Notes: generated from the letters alone by a model not told the origin. DNA of 52,827 nt from Chara braunii (GCA_003427395.1 BFEA01000039.1:4444536-4497362), one strand, 5' to 3'. Positions 34,188-47,747 are shown, counted from the stretch's first letter. Numbers and translations are program-made.

Positions 34188-36106
34188 TACTAGTGCTGTA
34201 GAGGCCAAGGACCAGACCCGCAGTGGCATCGGACCCTAAGCCTTGAATACAACAATTCTCGACCACCTGGGGCCAGTCAGTTCACCCAATGGGCCTAGCT
34301 TCGTCGGTATACCCATCGATTGTTGAAATATAGACCTTAGTTTAGTTGGTACACCCATCAACTGTTGAAATATAGACCCCCGGTGCAGTCCCAAAAACAG
34401 TTTGAAATTACGTCCACCACCCCTTTTCTTTTCCTTTTCTTTTCTTTTTTTCATGAAGTCCAGGCTGTTGTAGAGGCCCGATTCTATTGACAAAAACAGT
34501 TTGAATTACGTCCACCCCTTTTCTTTTCCTTTTCTTTTCTTTCTTTCATAAAGTCCAGGCTATTGTAGAGGCTAGAGAATAGACAGGTGAGAGTCACCTT
34601 CGGCACTCAGCCATGTGGTAGAGCCCCCCTAATCCTATAATGGGACTCCCTCCCAACCTACCACTCTCGTACTAATGTCTTTCCGGCTCACTCCTTTTTT
34701 TTTTTTTTTTTGAGAAACACCCCAAGCTGATGCTAGGGGTGCTAATAGGAGCAGGCACCGCTAGCACTCCCAGGGACTTGGCGGGAGGCTCCATCTATTG
34801 GTGGGGAGCAGCACCTGCTGGAAAATGGGTCCAGCGTCCTTAAACATTATGATCGTTTGACACCTGATGGAAAGCGGGTTCAGCATCTCAGATTACAACA
34901 CGATAGTCAATATTGATTGATCGTTATTCGACGTGCAGCATTGATTGCCCTCCGTTAGGAGGGGATTGACTACCCGTCAGACCTCAGAAAAGGACACACA
35001 CGGACATCACAGCATCTACCCACTTGATGTAAGGCATTGACCAACTCCCACCATATGGAAAGCCCTAATGCACAGAACCCCAAATGAGTAAAGAATGAGC
35101 GCCCGTCTCAGGTCTAGTCTAGTGAGAGGGACTAACCTAATTTGTGAAAAAGCAAAAGCAGATGAACCAGGGTCGGAATAGATTACCAAGCCGCCATCTC
35201 ACCCTCCCAATAGTGAGGCTTCACCCCGCCCCTGCCACATGGCGAAGCTTCTGGCACTTTGGCGAGAAGGAGGTGCGGCCATACCGTCAAGGCTCCTGGA
35301 ACCAGATCTCTGCAAACCATCTCAGTACAAAACTAATCAAGTCTACCATTTCTCAAATCACTCAGATCAAGTAGAGTCAATCCAAAACAAGTCAAACCAC
35401 ATCAAATCCGATCTCCTCAAATCTACTCAATCAATTGTAATCAAATACAATCAACTCTAATCTAGTCAAATCCAATCAAATTCCTTCAGATCAGAGTCTA
35501 CTAGTAGAAGGGACCGGGGAAAGGTATGTCCAATCAAGGAGCCCCCACCCAGCAAGCACACGAGGGGAGACGAACGTCATCAGTCCTCCACCTGCGAACT
35601 TAGGAAGTTATCTCCCTTAACCCCATCCTCTAGCCCACTCCCTCTCGCCACCTTCCACCCTGTTTGATCCGGCAAGAGTTTTGCTGCCTCTCACCAGACG
35701 GCCCGTCCAACCTCTCTGCCCCGCCCCCACTCTGCCCTACCACTCTACCATAGAAAAAAAACAGAAAATAGTTTGTCCTTGTCAGCAGGAAATAGATCAG
35801 GAAATGACAAAGACGGGAGAGAAAATGAGGGGGGTATAAGCGGAAGGAGGGCAAAAAGCACAGATGGCTCCTCTTCCTCCCTCTGCCGCTCACCTCCCTT
35901 CACCCGAGCCAACACTGAAGATAGTGAGCCTGTTGCTAGTCTCGGGTCTGCCACGGACGTGCCATACAACGTCGTCATTGCAGGCATTGGTCTTGTTGAT
36001 GTTAGCGCCACTGTTGTTGCTGGTATTGTTGTCGATGGAGCCGACAGCGGCGCAGGCGTTGTAGGTAGTAATATAGTGTGTGATGTTGGTTTTATCGTAG
36101 TTGGCA

Positions 36107-39100
36107 TGTGATAAGCCAGGATCCGTACTCAGCGGCTTCCCGTACCCTTAAGGGAAAATCCCACGAAAAACCCCGACGCACGGATTCAAGATAATAGGGA
36201 AAAACGGGGGTTCATTTCTTTTTCTTTCTTTCTTTCTCTTTACGAAAAGAGGGGCGGTGTAGAAAATGTAATTTAGGTCTTGCGTGGCCGATTAGCGGTC
36301 GTGCCAAGAAATTCAAGAAACAGTTGGGAATAAGCGGGAGTAGGAATTTTGAAACTTTTCGCGCGCGGCTGTTTTTTAGTTTTTGCACACCGCGTAAACC
36401 CACTCGTCTGCTCTGCATCCCCGTGCCATCTTCCCTTCTTGCTGCGCATTCCCTTCCTGCATGCCTCTTCGTCTTCCCTCTAAGTGAAGTCCGATCCCCT
36501 CCTTCTCCTTTCCCTACGAACGATTGGCTGTCTGATTAGGTTGGTCGGGGCAATGTGGTGGTAGCGGGAAGCGCACCCACTTGGACGACCACCCCAATCA
36601 CGCAGATCGTCCGACTCGCCTCCTTCGATCCTTTTGGAACGCCCGCCCTTCTTTTGTCCTGCCCATCTACACCCCGTGCTTCGCATAACCTTTCTGCCGC
36701 CTTCCGCGCTATAAATTCCCGCAACCCCTTCCTCTCAATCTCTTTGATCTCGGCTGCAAGTTGCGCGAAGCTTGCGGCACCGAAAAGGCTCGACGTGCCT
36801 CGTGGTGGGCGGAGTGACGGCAGGCGGCGGAGTTACCAATAGACTTGGGGTAAGGCAGTCGGAGGGACTGAGCGGTGGTGGAGATCAGACGTCGGCAGCG
36901 GCAGGGCCTTGTGGCTATGGTTGTCGGTGGTTTTGACGGGTTGGGGACTGGGCCCAAAGCAGCTAGTCGTGAGAATTCTGTATTTTAAGACGAGTTTTTT
37001 CTCCATTGCTGCTTTGTCCCCGTGTGATATGTGCATGGTCCCAAGGTGTGGGTAATCCGTTATGCATGTTCGGGTATAAGAGTCTATGGATGTTGAATGT
37101 TGCATGGAGGGCTTTATGGGTGGGTGGGTGTATGGGCCTCTGAGCCGGATGATCGGAAGTACCGAGTGTGGATTGCTTGCATAAGTGTATGAATGCGTCG
37201 GTCCTCCCCCCCTCCCTTTTTTTCGCCCTTAATCCGCGAGAGTGTGCGGGATACGCGCCACCCTTTTTCTGTCGTCTCTCGATCTCTCACCGTGCGCAGG
37301 TCGGGACTCCCCGGGGAGGCAGATAATTTCGGAGAGATCGGTCATCCTCATCCGCGCGAAGCATCCAACCTCTTTGTGCCCACCACGGGGTGCTCGATAC
37401 CGCATTCAGGTTGATGCTATAGAGAGAGAGAGACGGAGAAAGAGAGCTAGGCGCATCCTTTTCCGACAATATTCGTTGGTTTTTGTATGGAGCCAGGTTT
37501 TGTCTCGACGAACGGAAGCGCGGGCCATGGCCCGAACCCAGACCTTGTCTCAGAGTGTGGCAACACGCTTCCGCCCTTCCCGATCGTAGATGACGATGGC
37601 GTATACTGCGATGCGGACGTGCGGAGCCTACTGCGGTGCACTGAGCCAATCCATCTTTATAATCCCACCCAGACGTGCCACATAGGCGGGAGTGGGTTCG
37701 TGCTGATTGAGCGATTTTCTTCCCAACCTTTAATCTTGCCCTACACCGACCTCACGGTGTTGCCCTGGTCCGTTGTGCACGCCGCGTGGCGGCCGTAGTT
37801 TAATTGCCACTGGTGTCGTCAGGGGGACTCGTGCTCGTGATGACGGTTGGTCCTGGGGTACGAAGGAGCAGCCCGTTTCCCCGAACTCTCCCGCAACGCG
37901 GGTGCCCTCCCCGCCTGTTTTCGAACTTGGGTTCCATCCTCCGCTTGATGCAGCTCTTCTTGTAATGCCATCTTGCTCGTGGAGTTCCTCTGGCTTACCT
38001 TTGTCAACAGCTTCATCATTTCCTCAATAGTTGAATTAGGTTCAAACTTGCTCTCGCGTGTGTCCAACCGTGATGCCAGCGTCAGACCCGGCTCACTCCT
38101 ACTCCCGCTATCCTACCTTAGTGTCTACCACTCAGGATCGTCACCCTCTGGTCTGGGGGTGACCCGACCGAACAGTCGTTGCAGCTACCAGGGTTAAGTT
38201 GAGCCTCACACGCCTTACTCAGCCCCGATCGAAGCATATTCAAGCGAGCCTTGCCACCCCTTGTCAACTCTGGGAAGAAAGGAAAAGAAAGAAAGATTGT
38301 CAAGGCTCCTGAAACCTGAAAGGAGACAGCGCCGCGTTACACTAGTACACCCGTGAACTGTTGAAATATAATCCTGACTCCAGCGCTCGAATTCCGACAA
38401 CTCGGATGAGCAAAATGACTCTGAATTTACCCAGTGTCAATTAGTTTGAAGATCCCCCTCGAGGCCATTTCCCTGAAAAACCATAAAGAGATGCTTGTGC
38501 TCACTCAACATACTGTGAGGTTGGCATATGCTATGCTTCAGCCACCGTGACCTGTTGATGTTGAGTAGAAAATAACTAAAAAGTGGAATAGGTCATCTGA
38601 GCTCACCCATGATTGTTCATCGGCCAGCTCTTCGAGTTTGGTCGCTTTTTGGAAAATGCTTAAACCATCAGTGTCTTTGCCAACCAAAAAAAAAATAGTG
38701 TGGCAGTTAACACGGAGGCTGCAAATGGCCTCGCGCTAGCCGACGACTCATATATGGGAAAGGTACTGGCAGTTTAAAAGAAACTGGTGGTTGGTTAGCA
38801 CGGGGGCTTGTTGTGGTTAATCTGTCATAGATAACATAATGATTCGCCTTTTTGGTCCAAGATCTGCAGCATATGTTTGTGGCATGTCTCCCCTTGGGGT
38901 GCACTTTTGACAAGCATGGCTGGCATTGAACCTTCCTAGCAGATTGGGGGTCCCTTTGGACTACTAATACAGTACTGTTGGGCACAATTATACTACAACT
39001 TCCAGGGTGTAGGACGTATGCGTATGAGTCAATCAGGGTTGTGTTGTTGTGGAACCTTCGGAAGCGCCACAATGACAAAGTGTGGATCCGAGTCGACAAA

Positions 39101-42100
39101 TGTTGTATCTATTGCAAAACAAAATCCTTGAGCAGAAATTCACCAAACCATCCTTTTGGATTGGAGAAGGAGAGTGTGTTGTAGTGTTTTTTTTTTATTT
39201 ATTAATAATGAACATACAAGTTCCGATCTATTCGTGGGGAGCAGCATGTGCTGAGAATTGTGCTCAGCGTCCCTTACAAAAATGCATAGGTCAAGTAAAG
39301 AGAGACACGTGCACATGAAACAGACTGAGAAAATCATCGTGACCATCGCTGGAAACTGGGTCCAGCGTCCCTTGCCATGTCTAATTCCCACCAACGGGTA
39401 TGCCTCCTCATCCTTCTTAACGGATGCCAGATCCTACTCATAAAACTAGCAACCCCTATCCTTCCCTTTACCTGCCTTCTTACAACCCTTGCCAGCTCTG
39501 GAGGCTAGCCGAAGCCACTTAGGGGCACCAATGTCTTGCCCACCCCTAAGACATTCCTTTCCTTATCCCTTCTTGTTTTGTGTTTGAAAAACATGACCGT
39601 GTGATAGACAAAAGAGCCATAAAGGCTGGAAACCGTGTCCAGCGCTCCTTGCGTATTTCTCCTAAAACCTACGGACCTCAGTCGAACCTGGGGGTCAGAT
39701 GGAACCACTGGGGGGCACCATTGGCTTTCTGCCCATATTGATAGTGCCATAGGAGATATTCGATAAAGTTTCCAAGGCTGAATGTGACGAATTGCTTTTT
39801 AAAACGCATGACTTTCTGCGCGACTGTATTTCGGGGTTGAATGGGAAGGGCCCGCTCAATTACACAAATGCCCCCGTCTTTTTGAGAAAGCTTGGTCCCA
39901 TGGTGGTTGGTAGTTAGGGTGCGCCTTAGCGGGCGTGAAAATAATTGTTGTCGTAGCTTCTTTCTTGTTCTGCTAAAAGTGTGGAAGGGAATTTTGGCAT
40001 GATCATCGCGCGAGAGAGATCTTTTTGAATTTTGAAATATGGGAAATACGAGAATTATAACTTTAAGTGGGTTAGGAATTGGGGGCATTGTAATTTTGTC
40101 GCGGATTTTTGCTTCTGTAACTGCACGATGCTCCTTACGCGTGCGCGCATTACTGCGTCATGTCCTGTGCTCTGCTCCCGCCATGCCTAAATTTTAATCG
40201 CAACTGTAATCTCTTCTTGCTTCTTCTCGGCGATCGCGGGTGTAACTATAATCTTATACCTTTTGATTTCCTTCCACGCTAAGACCTGCGCCTTTTTTCT
40301 GTTTGTCTCATTGGGCGAGAAAATGCATGACTGGATCGATGCGTGGAGAGCGGCTACGTCCCCCACACCGCGGCCCAGTCATGCACTTGTAGGCACTCCC
40401 TTCCTCACTCTTCCTTTTGCTTCAGCGTAATCCAAAATTATCTCGCGTCAATGCTAAATGTTATAAATTATGTAAGCGAGATTAATTTATCTCTCTAATC
40501 TACACTTGAAGTTAGCATGTACGAGAGGATCGGCTAACGAGCAGAGACAAAAGCATGAGTAGGGAGTTGGGCGATCCGACGGGCTGCTGCTGAGTATGCG
40601 GGGTTGACGTGTGGTCGCGAAGGACTGTGGCACACGGGCATACCTGGCTTGCATGCCCGGACTAAGCGGGGTGACAACTTCGGGTTGTTAGTAGGTGTGA
40701 GGTAACAGATTGCCCGCATCGGAGAAACGTTGAGAGAGAGGGGGGGAAAAAAAAACGTGGTGTGTCGAAGTGGTGTTATTTTTTCGCATCCTTTGTATAA
40801 TTTTGATTTTGGTTTTGGCTTCCTTCATTTGCGGCAATCTCATATATATATTTTTTCGATTGATATGTGAATTGTCCTTTTTTCCCCCATCTCCTTCTTT
40901 TCGAAAGAGGGTGTAAGATGGTTGCAAAAGTCAATTGATTGTTTGATTGCCTTGAATGTATGGATGCTATCAATCGCTGAGTCAGGGGATTATGATATGT
41001 ATGGATTGGGCATGTTGTTGATGTATGGGAAATTGTTTTTTCTCCTTTCCTTTGGCGCGCCCATGTTCTTGTGTATGTCGTGTTGATCGAATGTTTATTT
41101 TTGCATTTAGTCTGTCGATGTCATCTTCCTGGATAAACTGGAAATAAAATAGATGCATGCATAACAGATAGCCTCACGACCTATTCAGAGATAGATCCTC
41201 AGCACACACGTATACGAATGACCACGAAAAGGGCAATCCTCACCTATACACGTGTCTGCGTGATCTGTGTTCGACCCCATCGCACCCAATCGTACCCTGC
41301 ACGCACGAATGTATGAATTGAGTCTTCCTCATGAGATATGGACAACAACATTCCGTTTTCAATCACTGACCACGACTGTCTCAGAGATCGCGAGTACCGA
41401 AGGTAATGGGGAAACGAGCACCTCTCTCGTCGATGGAAACTAAGACTTCCGGTATTTCCCTGCCAAACTGAAAATGATCCAATGTGTGCATGAGGCTTTC
41501 AGCGGGCCATAGGACAAAACCCTTGAATCCCGAATTACCCCGACATGCGTAACCACCAGTATTACATGGAGTCGGGATCCATCGCCATCAAAACTAATTT
41601 CCCTCCCTCCTATCTTCTTCTTCCCTACCACAATATAACAGTCGTCCCTTGTAATGCGATACCCCCCTACTGGCCCCGAAGGCCGTGCTTTGAGTGCCAG
41701 TAGTATTACGCCTACCGGGCTGCCAGATTTGTCTGACGAACCTGTTATGAAGCTGAGCGCCGAGAACACAGCCTCCGGTTGAGGCCATCTACGTCAGATT
41801 CTGAGATCTGTGAAACCCGCCGATGACAGGTGTTGACACAGAAGGACACCCACTGTGTTCCCTCTGTACACAAAATACGAACCCGCCCCAGGCGATGAGG
41901 CAGGCGATACGAACCTGCCCCAGGCGATGAGGCAGTCAAAACTAGCTGCCCGACTCTGAGAAAACGTAGAATCAGAAAAACTGGTCCCTCGCTGAAACAC
42001 TTGCACTTCTGTCCTTGGAACTTGACACCGAAGATCTCAGTTCCGACCTGGGACTCCACCCCACTTTCCTAAAATCCTTGGCACACACCTTTTGCGCACT

Positions 42101-42160
42101 TTCGGCTCCTCTCCCACTCCGAAACAGGAAGTCGCGCTAGGCGTGAGGTTGGGCGTCACA
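36107..42160. mobile_element. Possible degenerate LTR-retrotransposon-derived block
   Basis: Begins TGTGA and ends GGGCGTCACA, with imperfect flanks GGCA/GGAA. It is poor in microsatellites and has internal similarity (about 36330-36430 vs 40070-40190). No intact gag/pol recognised. Confidence 0.28.
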
Positions 42161-42784
42161 GGAATACTTGATTGGTAGGGGGGACTGTGGGATCAGTTGG
42201 TGTCTGTGGCCAAGGGTGATGAGGCTGTTTCTCCTTCTGATGCTTTATCTGATGTGGTGCTCAGCCTGAGGGTTGAAGACTGACCGCCTTGCCTTCCCTA
42301 CTTTTCGCTGCTCATACATGTATTTTTCCTTGGGCACCATGTGGGCGGGTCACTTATCGAGGTGATAAGAGCATCCCCGATAAGTGTCCTCCCTTTTTGA
42401 AGGCTCCATCTACTGGTGGGGAGCGGCACCTGCTGGAAACCGGGTCCAGCGTCCCTATACAATGCTCTTTTTTTTTTTTTTTTTTATCCTTCCTTCCCTC
42501 AATTTCACCTTTCAGAACCTGCCTACCACTACTCCTAAGCCTATACAGTGGAACCCTGCAAGCATAGCTACCTCTCAGAATCAAAGGGATGCATGTTGCC
42601 CCCTGCTGGAATCGGTGGTGGTCAGGGAGTAGGGCGGGGCTTTCCAGTAGCTGCGCCTCCTACGCACCCCGCCCCCATTGAGTAACAGCAGTGTCTATGG
42701 CCAGCACTTACCCACCCCCCCTCCTCTCACACACCCATCCACCCACCCACCCATGATGGCCAAAGACCCTACCCTTACCGATCA

Positions 42785-42903
42785 AGGGGAGCCAGCCAAC
42801 TATCTCAGTTGGTGTGCTCCAAGCGTGCCCAGGCGGTCAATGGAGATTGAACCCGCGACTCCTGAATACCACATGCATGTCTGACCAACTGATGAGCTAC
42901 CCT
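42785..42903 (-). mobile_element. tRNA-derived SINE head
   Basis: Minus strand GGGTAGCTCATCAGTTGG (A-box-like)...CGCGGGTTCAATCTCC (B-box-like). The body CCAACTGAGATAG is shared with about 30380 (+) and 12995 (-). Confidence 0.55.
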
Positions 42904-43464
42904 GCACCGCTTGTTCAGAAAGGAACAGAAAAAAAAAAAAAAAAAAAAAAAAAAGCATCACCTGGGCCGCTTATCGGCACATCGGCCTTTCGGGGGCCTA
43001 TGGGCTGGCGTGTGCTGAAGCGGGCCCGGGCCGGTGTACGTGCTTCCTGGGGACGGTTGTTGCCGCCATCGCCAACGGCACTCCGCTCCTCGCTCACGAC
43101 AATTCATGGTTCGATCGTTACGTGGTCCTTTTGCTCCAGGGCCAGAGGTCGGCCGGCGGAGATCAGCACTGCTACAGCCCGGCGGCGGGCCGCAGACGCC
43201 GGAGGGAGGGGTATATCCATCGTCGTAGCCGTAGCCATAGCCTCAGCCATCGCCGTCGAGGCCATATTTCGTCCTCCTCTGTTGTCTCCCTGCCGTTTTG
43301 TGTGATCGGTCTTTTGCTGTCCATATCTCCCTCCTCTGTCGATCGCCGCCTCTCTCTCTTCCATTCCTTTTTGTCAATCAGTCAGAGGAAGGTCCGTCGG
43401 GACGGGGCGGTCGCGCCAAGTGTGCGACGGAAGGTTGAGCGGCGGGTGAAGACAGCGCGAAGAG

Positions 43465-44712
43465 ATGACGACCCTTGTGGAGACGTCCGACGAGGAGCCG
43501 ACCCTCGCCGTTGCACGCTATGTCGCGCAAATGGCTTGGGCGGACGCCGGGGAAGACATATCTGAGCCGGCGGTTGCGCAGTACTGCGCGGAGGCGGAGG
43601 ATTTAATGGCGGCCGGGCGCAACGTCGACCTAGTCAGCCTTCTCGTGACCTCGGCGGACATCGTCCTCTCCAATGCCTCTGATAAAGACCTTGAGTGCAT
43701 TTTCATGGTTATCTGCAATGTGGCGGCGAAAGCAACTAGCGAGGAAGAAGCGATGAGAATGTCGAGCCAAATCACGGCCGCATTGACTGCGCAAACGAGC
43801 AAGGCGGCGCTTAAGATCAAGCTTCTTTTCCACCTGTACAACACCATCAAGAAGGCTCCTTATGCTAGGTTCCTCCTGTACAGACGCCTGCTTGAGTTCG
43901 CCATAGCCGCCAAGGTGACAGACCTTGTCACTCCCTCGCTTAAGAGGTTGGAGGCGTTCTTGAAAGAGTGGAATGTGACCGTTCAGGACCAAAGGGGCCT
44001 CTATTTGACGGCGACGAATCTGTTGAGGGAAGGCCGAGGCTCGGCGGCGGCTAAGGAGTCTTTCAACTTCTTGCTCAAGTTCCTCTCTACCTTCTCTGGT
44101 GAAGATCCTCAACGACTCGCTGACGTCAGGGAATATGCTGTCAGAGCGGCGGTGGAGTATATCAAGGCTACCGATATCTTCCAGTGCGACTTGTTGGATA
44201 TGGCGGCGGTGTGTCAACTCGAAAGCGATCCCGACTACGCCCACGTGTATCGGCTTCTGAAGATCTTCCTGACGCGCAAGCTGGATGCGTATCTGGTCTT
44301 CGTCGACGAGATGGGTGTGGCAGTCATTGAAGCCCTAGGACTGAATCACGAGGAGTGCGTGACGAAGATGAGGTTGATGTCCCTGGCTGCGCTCGGCGTT
44401 GAGGCGCCCAACGGCGAGATTCCGTATGACGTAATTAGGCGGAATCTGGAGATTGACGAAGACGAAGTGGAGATGTGGGTAGTACGCGCGATCAGTGTCA
44501 AGCTCTTGGAGGCGAAGATGGATCAAATGAGAGAAGTGGTTGTGGTTAATAGATGCTTGCAGCGGGTCTTCGGGCCATCGCAGTGGGTCGATTTGAGGGC
44601 CAAGCTTCTGCAATGGCGGGAGAACCTGGCCAGCGTTGTGAGGATTGTTCATCATGCCAGGGTTGATGGGAATGGAGTGCCGAGAGAATTGCAGCAGCAG
44701 GTGACTGCGTAA
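43465..44712 (+). CDS. eIF3m: Eukaryotic translation initiation factor 3 subunit M (PCI-domain protein), single exon, 415 aa
   Basis: N-terminus MTTLVETSDEEP...AQMAWADAG...KDLECIFMVICNV matches plant eIF3m (MTTIVPTSEEDP...AWADAG...KDLEC, from memory). C-terminal PCI domain (KMRLMSLAAL...IPYDVI...EVEMWVVRAI...KMDQMREVVVV...F...QW..LR..L..WREN). Uninterrupted ORF. Confidence 0.93.
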   Translation: MTTLVETSDEEPTLAVARYVAQMAWADAGEDISEPAVAQYCAEAEDLMAAGRNVDLVSLLVTSADIVLSNASDKDLECIFMVICNVAAKATSEEEAMRMSSQITAALTAQTSKAALKIKLLFHLYNTIKKAPYARFLLYRRLLEFAIAAKVTDLVTPSLKRLEAFLKEWNVTVQDQRGLYLTATNLLREGRGSAAAKESFNFLLKFLSTFSGEDPQRLADVREYAVRAAVEYIKATDIFQCDLLDMAAVCQLESDPDYAHVYRLLKIFLTRKLDAYLVFVDEMGVAVIEALGLNHEECVTKMRLMSLAALGVEAPNGEIPYDVIRRNLEIDEDEVEMWVVRAISVKLLEAKMDQMREVVVVNRCLQRVFGPSQWVDLRAKLLQWRENLASVVRIVHHARVDGNGVPRELQQQVTA

Positions 44713-46314
44713 CGTCGTCGAGTACTGGTCGTGATTGTTCATCATCACACCATCGTCATCACCACACTACAATCGATGGGAAGACGGAGCAAGTGTCATC
44801 AGCATATTGTCAAAACCCTAAGTTCTCTCTTCTGGTATTGATTGCGTTGAAATGATGCTGCGGCATGTTTTCTGAATCGAATCGACGGCGGAGTCTCTTC
44901 CCTTTCTTTCCCAGTACACACAGATGTGTCTCGATGGTTCTGTTGTTGCGCTTGTTGGGTAGTCCTGCTGCTCAGACAGCTATTTACATGCTTTGTCGGC
45001 TATGGCGGAAGGTGGTTCCTCCGGCCTGGGCTTCCCCCTCCCCCCCGTCCCCCCTCCTTGGCTGTTTGCAATAGAACCCTTATGGTGGTGAGGGTGCTTC
45101 TTTCTTCTGATGACTGACTATCGTTTGCTACCCCTGTTTCCTGTCTATCTCCAAATCGGTTACACTTTTCTTCTCATTCTTCTTCTTCTTCTTCTTCTTG
45201 TTTTCCTGTTGTTGTTGTTGTTGTTCTTCTTCTTCATCCTCCGGTTCCATTTTCTCATTTTGCTATGGCGGCGGGTGTCTCGTCTATCGTCTGTCTTCTG
45301 TCTTCCAGGTTCGTCTCTGTCTCTCGTCTCGTTAAGGATCTCGTCTCAACCCTCTCCTGTGGCATCAACTAGGGTTTCTGTGGCCATCGTAAGGTGGTTA
45401 TGGAAGTGCAATCAGGTCTGATTAAGGAAGGTTCAGATGAAAACTAAATTTGATCAGTGGAAGGACGATCTAATCTTGGGTTCGTTCCCACCGAAGTTCA
45501 GGAAAAATCAAACGTGATCTGGAATCCTTACGGGATCGGTTATGGGTGTGTGTGTGTGTCTTATCCCATCAACGATTCTTCTTGGAAGAGGTGAGATGGG
45601 GTAACGAGCCTAAACCGGACGTGAGAGTTGAGATGAATGTAAAGAGATTGATGGGATATCGAGCCGAATCAGAACGATGTTAATGCCCTGCTATGGCTGC
45701 CAGAGAGAGCTGTGGTGGATCCAGTGGGGAAGGAGGAGAGAAGAAGCAATGGGAGCGGGAGTGGTGGCGAACGAGGAGGAGAAAAAAAGAGAAGCACCGG
45801 CCGATCGGGTGAATTGATTTTGCGATGTGTGGGGGGAGGAGGAGAAGAAGAAACGATCGGAGTGGGAGTGGAGGCTGCCAGTGGGTGAATTGATTTTGGG
45901 GCCTGCTGCCATTTGAATCCGAAAGATTTGTCCTTCCTGTTGTTGTGTGATTTAGGGTGAAGTGAATTGATTGCGATTATTGGGATTGCCGTCGCTGTTT
46001 TTTTTGGGCAGGATCCAGGTGACTGACTGTATAAGAGTGTGTTCATTTTTGAATATGAATCTCCCGTTCGCGGAAGGTTCGCGGAATGTTCGCGGAGGGT
46101 TCGCGGAAGGTTCGTGGAAGTTTCGGAGTGAGATGAGGTATTGACGAATAAGGCGGTTGAATGGCATGCAGTTGATTTTGATATCCAAGTCGTGAAAGAT
46201 AATCCCCCACCTTTGTACCCATTATCTTCCACCCCTCGTATGTTACTTGGGGGTGTATCTCCCTCTCTGTCCTCTCTCCTTTCTCTCACCCTCCTTCCGG
46301 ACGTCTTGTCTTTT

Positions 46315-46550
46315 TTCCCGCCTTTTTTGCCCTCGTTTCATCCTCGTTATGTGTGTGTTTTCCCGCTTTTTGTTTTTGCCCTTCTCGTTTCATGCTCGTT
46401 ATGTGTGTGTTTTCCCGCTTTTTGTTTTTGCCCTTCTNGTGTGTGTTTTCCCGCTTTTTGTTTTTGCCCTTCTCGTTTCATGCTCGTTATGTGTGTGTTT
46501 TCCCGCTTTTTGTTTTTGCCCTTCTCGTTTCATCCTCGTTATGTGTGTTT
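46315..46550. repeat. ~52-bp minisatellite
   Basis: CTCGTTATGTGTGTGTTTTCCCGCTTTTTGTTTTTGCCCTTCTCGTTTCAT, about 4-5 copies. Confidence 0.88.
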
Positions 46551-47747
46551 GTTGGCTTAACATTCTCATCATCTGTGCCTGGACATTATGTCGAATGCAA
46601 TGCGCAGGGAAGGGTGTGTGATGGACAAAAGGAGTCGCTTGCGGGGGAGGGGGGAAGGAGGAGGGGGGGGGAGGACAATTTTCAAGGGGTTTGCCCAGGG
46701 TAGGTTTTGTTTCACGTTCTTACATTTCCGGTTATAACAGTATGTCGGGATGGGAAAAGATTCTTTTGCCAGTTTCGGTTAAGTACAATTTGCGAGATCT
46801 GAACTAGATGATTATGCAGCAAGCCCTCCAGCTCACCCCTCTCTCCTGCCGTTGTCTGCTATCCTTTGTATGCCCTCTTTCGTTCTGCCCTAATTATATA
46901 TAATTAGGCTTTGGTGGATTTTACGGGCTCATTTTGTCGCTTAGCAAGTAATGTACGTAATAATAATGAAGGCGTTATTTCTGTCTTAAGTCCGTTTTTT
47001 TGGGTGTAATGATGATCCTGCTCGCGGATCATAATCCCTATTTTTTCAGAGCGCGCCGATTGCAACGGTCTCATGCTATTTATGACACTAAATGAACTTA
47101 AAAAATTGCGACCAAGAAGATGAAAAAGCAAGAAGGAAAGTTCTCCTCATCATCTACACAGCGCTTTCTCTCTTTCTCACACTCCCTCCTCTCAGGGCAG
47201 ACCGCCTCTCTTAACTGTATGAGAAATTCGTTTCTTTGCGAATTTCAGTGAGCGCTGTTGTGTTCTTTGAGGCAGGATTTGAACGCCTAACCTGTGCTGA
47301 TCAATAGTTCTCAGTTGTGTACCATATGCAGCCACAGCTCCCATGCAGGCAGGTATAATCAGTGAGCCCTATTCTTCCTTCAAAATTCTTGTACTTCCTC
47401 TTATCACAGTAAGTTGATGCTTTTGTCATAATACACAGGAGTGGAGGCGGTCGCAAGCCGCCTCGGGCGGGGGAAGGGGGAGAAGAGGTGGGAATGTGGA
47501 GATGTGGAGGGAAAGGAGGGAAGAGGAAGATGGATGGAGAGAGAGAGGGAGGGGGAAATTGGGAGGAGTCAGGTTGCGAGAGAGACCCACTTCTCTGAGA
47601 TTCACCTAAAAACACCTACTCCGAGCAGCGAAGAAGAGATTTGAAGTTTTTTTTTTTTTTTTTTTTTTTTTCGAGTTTTTTTTTTAAAGTTTAATTGTTT
47701 AAGTAAAGATTTTACTCTTCCTCGCATTAAAGAATCCCCACACTTCG

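Noticed and set aside
42351-42455. Resemblance of the three-hairpin module to SAM-I/TPP riboswitches (GATAAGAG, CTAGGGGTGC) or a CTCF motif
   Set aside because: Only short words match and the architecture does not fit; plants lack CTCF.
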